A DNA stretch of 32,000 nt from Candidatus Harpocratesius repetitus (GTDB lineage Archaea; Asgardarchaeota; Lokiarchaeia; Sigyniarchaeales; Promethearchaeaceae). The position numbers and the translations under genes were made by a program. Below, piece by piece: positions 28,532 through 32,000 of this stretch; position 1 is the stretch's first letter; each line of letters opens with the position of its first letter. The notes under the pieces were generated by a model that saw only the letters and a list, made by a program, of their open reading frames with translations, made no database searches and was not told where the DNA came from. The DNA is taken from positions 1,170,001-1,202,000 of the forward strand of contig JAIZWK010000001.1 of NCBI GenBank assembly GCA_021498095.1, written 5' to 3'.

Positions 28532-28655
28532 TGGCCCCGCACAGAAGCGGATCAAACTGATCCGTAAAAGTAGATACCTCCGAAGGAGGTGAAATCAAGT
28601 CCGACCTTTAAAGCCGGACATCCAAAAAGACAAAATAAATTCCGTGCGGCAGCCA
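28532..28655 (-). ncRNA. Candidate structured non-coding RNA of unknown class (strand tentative)
   Basis: 124-nt island of about 48% GC (hand count 60/124) in very AT-rich DNA. Ends 28532-28546 and 28640-28655 pair, enclosing three hairpins (28547-28565, 28576-28590, 28599-28619). Four internal mismatches are G-U pairs on the minus strand. Confidence 0.6.
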
Positions 28656-28919
28656 TATTTGTGTTTTATTTTTTCAATTCTTTATTTTGGCGACTTGCAT
28701 TCAATAAAGTGACTCAAGTCTAAATAGTTTAAAGTAATTTCATCTAATAAAATTTTGGCGAAAGAAGAATTAGTTCTAGAGTATCATAAATTTTTCCTTT
28801 AAATAAAAATGCAGAAAAATTCAAATAAAATATAGGTAAATTAAATTTATATTTACGGAACAACAGCACTATATGTTAATAATTTGATTGAATTTGTATA
28901 AAGAAGAGATGTAAGAATA

Positions 28920-30167
28920 ATGGAAAAAAGAAATAATAATAATCGATTGCGTGTTGGGATTCTCACTGGTGGTGGAGATTGTCCTGGTTTAAATGCAGTG
29001 ATTTACGGTGCTTTACTCCGTGCATCTGAGGAATCTTCAAAGCAAGTTGAAGTAGTAGGAATTATTAAGGGCTGGAAAGTGTTTAATTTTCCAAAATCAG
29101 AATTGACTAAAGAATTAGTTGATCATTATACTCAAGTGCTTGATATTGGAGAATTGGATGATCTTCACACCAAAGGTGGCACAATGTTGTATACATCGCG
29201 CACAAATCCTTTTAAAGCAGTTGCAAAGCTTAAAGATCCCCAAGAAAGGGAACAATTAACAAAAAAAATCGGGGAAGATTTAGCTTCCAAATTCCAAGAT
29301 TTGAATATAGATGCGTTAATTGCAGTTGGTGGTGATGATACTTGTGGAGTGGCTGCAGCAATGTATAAATATGGTGGTGCGCATATTGTGGCTTGTCCTA
29401 AAACAATTGATAATGATTTAGCAGGGACTGATTTTACTTTTGGTTTTTTCAGCGGAGCCCAATTAGCGAGTAATACTTTAGATAACCTTACTACTACAGC
29501 GCATTCTCATCAGAGAATTTTTGTGGTAGAAGTAATGGGTCGCGATGCAGGTTGGTTAACATTATATTCCGGCCTTTCAAGTGGGGCTGATATTATTCTA
29601 TTACCCGAAGTTCCTTTTGATTTTGAACATGATGTTGTAGATGTATTGAAGAAACGGGCGAACGCAGGTTATAAATTTCATATTATTGCATGTTCAGAGG
29701 GAGCCTATCCTAATCCTGAATCATTAGAGCGAGATTTTACCACGATAAGTCAAAAAGATATTGAAGCATTACCAAAAGATAGTTTTGGAAATCCTATTTT
29801 ATCAAAATTGAATATGGCTAGCAAAATTGAAAAAGAATTGCAGAAACGCGAAGATATTAAACAGTATTTTAATGAAAGACATGCACATTATGAAATTCGA
29901 TCTGTAGTTTTAGGACATACAATGAGATCTGGCACTCCAAATGTATATGATCGCGTTTTAGGTTTACGCTATGGGTATCACGCTATGGATTACGTAATCC
30001 AGGGCCAATTTGGAAAGATGACTTCGTTACAAGGGACTGAAATAGAACCGGTAGATATTGTAGAAGGATCTAAGAAACGTTTGATTCCTCTTGATTCAGA
30101 TTTGTTGAAAATTAAAGAAGCTATGATTTCGGTGAAACACAAAAGCAAAGAAAAATTGTTCAAGTAA
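28920..30167 (+). CDS. pfp: PfkA-family 6-phosphofructokinase, predicted pyrophosphate-dependent
   Basis: TGGGDCPGLN, GGTMLYTSR, GGDDT, PKTIDND, EVMGRDAGW, LGHTMRSG. Confidence 0.9.
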   Translation: MEKRNNNNRLRVGILTGGGDCPGLNAVIYGALLRASEESSKQVEVVGIIKGWKVFNFPKSELTKELVDHYTQVLDIGELDDLHTKGGTMLYTSRTNPFKAVAKLKDPQEREQLTKKIGEDLASKFQDLNIDALIAVGGDDTCGVAAAMYKYGGAHIVACPKTIDNDLAGTDFTFGFFSGAQLASNTLDNLTTTAHSHQRIFVVEVMGRDAGWLTLYSGLSSGADIILLPEVPFDFEHDVVDVLKKRANAGYKFHIIACSEGAYPNPESLERDFTTISQKDIEALPKDSFGNPILSKLNMASKIEKELQKREDIKQYFNERHAHYEIRSVVLGHTMRSGTPNVYDRVLGLRYGYHAMDYVIQGQFGKMTSLQGTEIEPVDIVEGSKKRLIPLDSDLLKIKEAMISVKHKSKEKLFK

Positions 30168-30582
30168 GATGTCGTATCTGTTTAGTATTCTTTTTTTTTC
30201 TAAATTTTATATATTAGAGGTTATAGCAGAATTCAAAGAATTGAAGGAAATCCGAAAATCTTCTCTAAATTTTCCACAATCCCCAAATCTATCCTAATTT
30301 TAAATTTGTCGAAAGATAGTTAAAGAAAAAAAATAAGATTAAGTCAATAATTCAAAGAAAAATGATAAAAATATGAAATTATTAATCGAATTTAAGATTG
30401 TAAAAATACCGACTCAAATAATAATTGGATGCATGGAAGTATTGTCATGAAAATTGGCTCAAAAGATAGATTTTGATTAAATTAAAAAAAATTACTAAAG
30501 CCTCATTAATAAAAGGAAAAATTAGGAGAAATTAGAGAAAATTAGAAAAAATTTGATTCTTTTTTAGCTATTTTCAAGAGAT

Positions 30583-31623
30583 TCAATCGTTTACATTTGT
30601 ATTTAAGAGTTTCTTGAATTTAGGTTGTACTAGAAGTATTATGATCGCTACACCAAAAGTTCCTCCAAAAATGCCCAAGTAATATCCAGGAATTGAAGAG
30701 GTTGCATCACTTGGTATTTCAGGATGTTCTAAAGCCCAAAGATTATATTCTATCATATCAATATATGCTGATATCGTTGTATCATTGGTCGTTTTCATAC
30801 CTAAGAGTGGGATTCCCCATACAATACTGGAATTCATATCTCGAGCCAGTTGAAGTACAAGAGAATTGTCCAGGTTTGTTTGACTAACGATGGTTGTACA
30901 GTTTTCTGCTTTCATAATATCTTTAATAGCTTGAATATGCTGAGGACTTGGCTCTACATCATGTTGTTCTTCTATTATTGCTATTCTTTGTATTCCCAGA
31001 AGATCATAAAGGTACATAAACGATGGATGGTGGACAACCACCTTTAAACCTGCATACTTATCCTTTTCTGAATTAATTTCTGTAAGAAGATTATCTAATT
31101 TCTTTATATAGTTGCTGTATTGTTGTGTCAAAAGTGTTTCGTCTTCAGAATTTAATAATTCCTTAAATGCAAGATATATATTATGAGCCATTTCTTTTGC
31201 GATTTTTGGAGACATCCAACCATGGGGATTTTCCATATTTAAAAGTGGGTCTTTTTCTACCATGCTTTCATTCATAACAGAAACAATACATAAATTTGGG
31301 TTATCTGTTAGCACCGTCTCTTTATAATTATTCCACCAAGGTTCTAAATCAGAGCGTCCCATCAGAAGAAGAACATCGGCTTCCATTAATGCATTTATTT
31401 CGGATTGTACTGGTTCATATGTGTGTGGATCCTCCGTTCCTTCAACAAGAACTGCTGTAATATCGATGAAATTTCCTCCAACTTGCTGAGCAAAGTCTTG
31501 TAATAATTCTGTTGATGCAACTACTTTGATTTGGGATGAAGACTGTGCATTTACTGATGATGGGGTCATAGATAGAATAATCAATGAAAATAGGATAAAA
31601 TATACCCTTTTTTTCTTAATCAT
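30583..31623 (-). CDS. Metal (Zn/Mn/Fe) ABC transporter substrate-binding protein, ZnuA/TroA family
   Basis: Reads on the minus strand (CAT at 31621-31623, TCA at 30583-30585). Ligand motifs DPHTYEP, NPHGWMSP, VHHPSF; signal peptide; C-terminal IPGY plus TM helix and basic residues. Confidence 0.92.
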   Translation of the reverse strand: MIKKKRVYFILFSLIILSMTPSSVNAQSSSQIKVVASTELLQDFAQQVGGNFIDITAVLVEGTEDPHTYEPVQSEINALMEADVLLLMGRSDLEPWWNNYKETVLTDNPNLCIVSVMNESMVEKDPLLNMENPHGWMSPKIAKEMAHNIYLAFKELLNSEDETLLTQQYSNYIKKLDNLLTEINSEKDKYAGLKVVVHHPSFMYLYDLLGIQRIAIIEEQHDVEPSPQHIQAIKDIMKAENCTTIVSQTNLDNSLVLQLARDMNSSIVWGIPLLGMKTTNDTTISAYIDMIEYNLWALEHPEIPSDATSSIPGYYLGIFGGTFGVAIIILLVQPKFKKLLNTNVND

Positions 31624-31682
31624 AATGGTTTTCCTCCTGAAAAATACAGCTTATATTCAATAAGATTTAATGATATTTTAAA

Positions 31683-31702
31683 TTTTACGATGTATCGTAA
31701 AA
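31683..31702. promoter_or_regulatory. 20-bp palindrome, candidate operator between divergent metal ABC genes
   Basis: TTTTACGAT-GT-ATCGTAAAA: perfect 9-bp arms with a 2-nt spacer, just upstream of a TTTATAAA box at 31721-31728. Confidence 0.5.
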
Positions 31703-31766
31703 ATTTATAAGAATCGAAAATTTATAAATAATAAGTATACATAAGTACCTAAGGAGATAGTTAAAG

Positions 31767-32000
31767 ATGAGTGGGGTTCTTGAATTTTTTCAAAATTTGC
31801 AATATGCCTATCTACAAAGAGCTTTGTTTTCTACCATCATTGTGGGAATTGTATGTGGATTGATCGGAGTATTTATTATACTAAAAGGAATGAGCTTTTT
31901 AGGGGCTGGAATTGCACACAGTTGTTTTGCCGGAGGTGCTTTAGCTATTTTATTAGGAATAGATCCATTTTTCACCATTTTTCTTTTTGGTGAAGCGACT
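31767..32000 (+). CDS. Metal ABC transporter permease, ZnuB/MntB family (3'-truncated by window edge)
   Basis: Manual translation from ATG 31767: MSGVLEFFQNLQYAYLQRALFSTIIVGIVCGLIGVFIILKGMSFLGAGIAHSCFAGGALAILLG; AAGGAG at 31751-31756. Confidence 0.9.
   Translation, partial: MSGVLEFFQNLQYAYLQRALFSTIIVGIVCGLIGVFIILKGMSFLGAGIAHSCFAGGALAILLGIDPFFTIFLFGEAT

Noticed and set aside
28547-28619. tRNA or tRNA-Sec interpretation (GCGGA...UCCGU arm; CU-UUA-AA loop at 28606-28612 resembling an ochre anticodon loop)
   Set aside because: No T-psi-C arm or D-arm consensus, wrong arm order and spacing, and an A-C mismatch in the would-be anticodon stem.
28585-28622. Resemblance to the 3' half of an FMN riboswitch (GGUGAAAU...CCGAC...UAAAG.CCGGA) and to the glycine riboswitch (CCGAAGGAG)
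   Set aside because: The other halves of both aptamers are absent, and the downstream gene (pfp) does not fit.
28532-28655. 5S rRNA, suggested by length
   Set aside because: Lacks the conserved loop C (CCGAAC) and the two-armed 5S topology.
28527-28715. Selenocysteine read-through of TGA 28590 or a SECIS element (AUGA at 28527)
   Set aside because: No GA quartet partner on the 3' side of the helix, and the extended peptide resembles no selenoprotein.
30372-30449. 25-codon ORF MKLLIEFKIVKIPTQIIIGCMEVLS in the pfp-znuA gap
   Set aside because: Too short, AT-rich, with no ribosome-binding site or motif support.
30519-30545. Three AAATTAG repeats with 10-bp period
   Set aside because: Low complexity; on the minus strand it is the T-rich tract after the metal-binding protein stop, so it is most simply a terminator region, not an iteron or CRISPR remnant.
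1653-31047. About 25 short ORFs (60-110 aa) from the ORF track, such as 1653-1862, 8844-9101, 24002-24277, 26145-26477 and 30693-30887
   Set aside because: All lie within or antisense to well-supported genes and show no recognisable motifs; treated as shadow ORFs.
1-32000. CRISPR array, rRNA or canonical tRNA genes
   Set aside because: No regularly spaced 25-45 bp repeats and no rRNA or tRNA consensus was found. The intergenic gaps are short and, apart from 28532-28655, AT-rich.

Overview
AT-rich (roughly 30% GC) archaeal chromosomal window, most likely from an Asgard archaeon of the Lokiarchaeia/Promethearchaeia. This is inferred from archaeal informational genes (prefoldin beta, fibrillarin, Nop5, RNase HII with PIP box, Elp3), a Roadblock-fused Rab-like GTPase, and an IPGY-type C-terminal anchor on a solute-binding protein. 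Most of it is housekeeping and metabolism: a partial double-domain ECF-type ABC ATPase, DHH phosphoesterase, polar amino-acid ABC transporter, family III CoA-transferase, two HAD hydrolases, three regulators, pyrD/pyrK, a fatty-acyl-CoA cluster (ligase, thiolase, two SDRs), PPi-type phosphofructokinase and a divergent Zn/Mn ABC transporter. One IS1-like element is split by a -1 frameshift at a compound slippery run. The least explained part is 27073-28655: a YrdC/Sua5-fold protein that has lost its catalytic residues, a stand-alone THUMP protein, and a 124-nt GC-rich, multi-hairpin element that looks like an unannotated structured RNA. No CRISPR array, rRNA or canonical tRNA was seen. All assignments come from motif reading by eye; no database searches were run.
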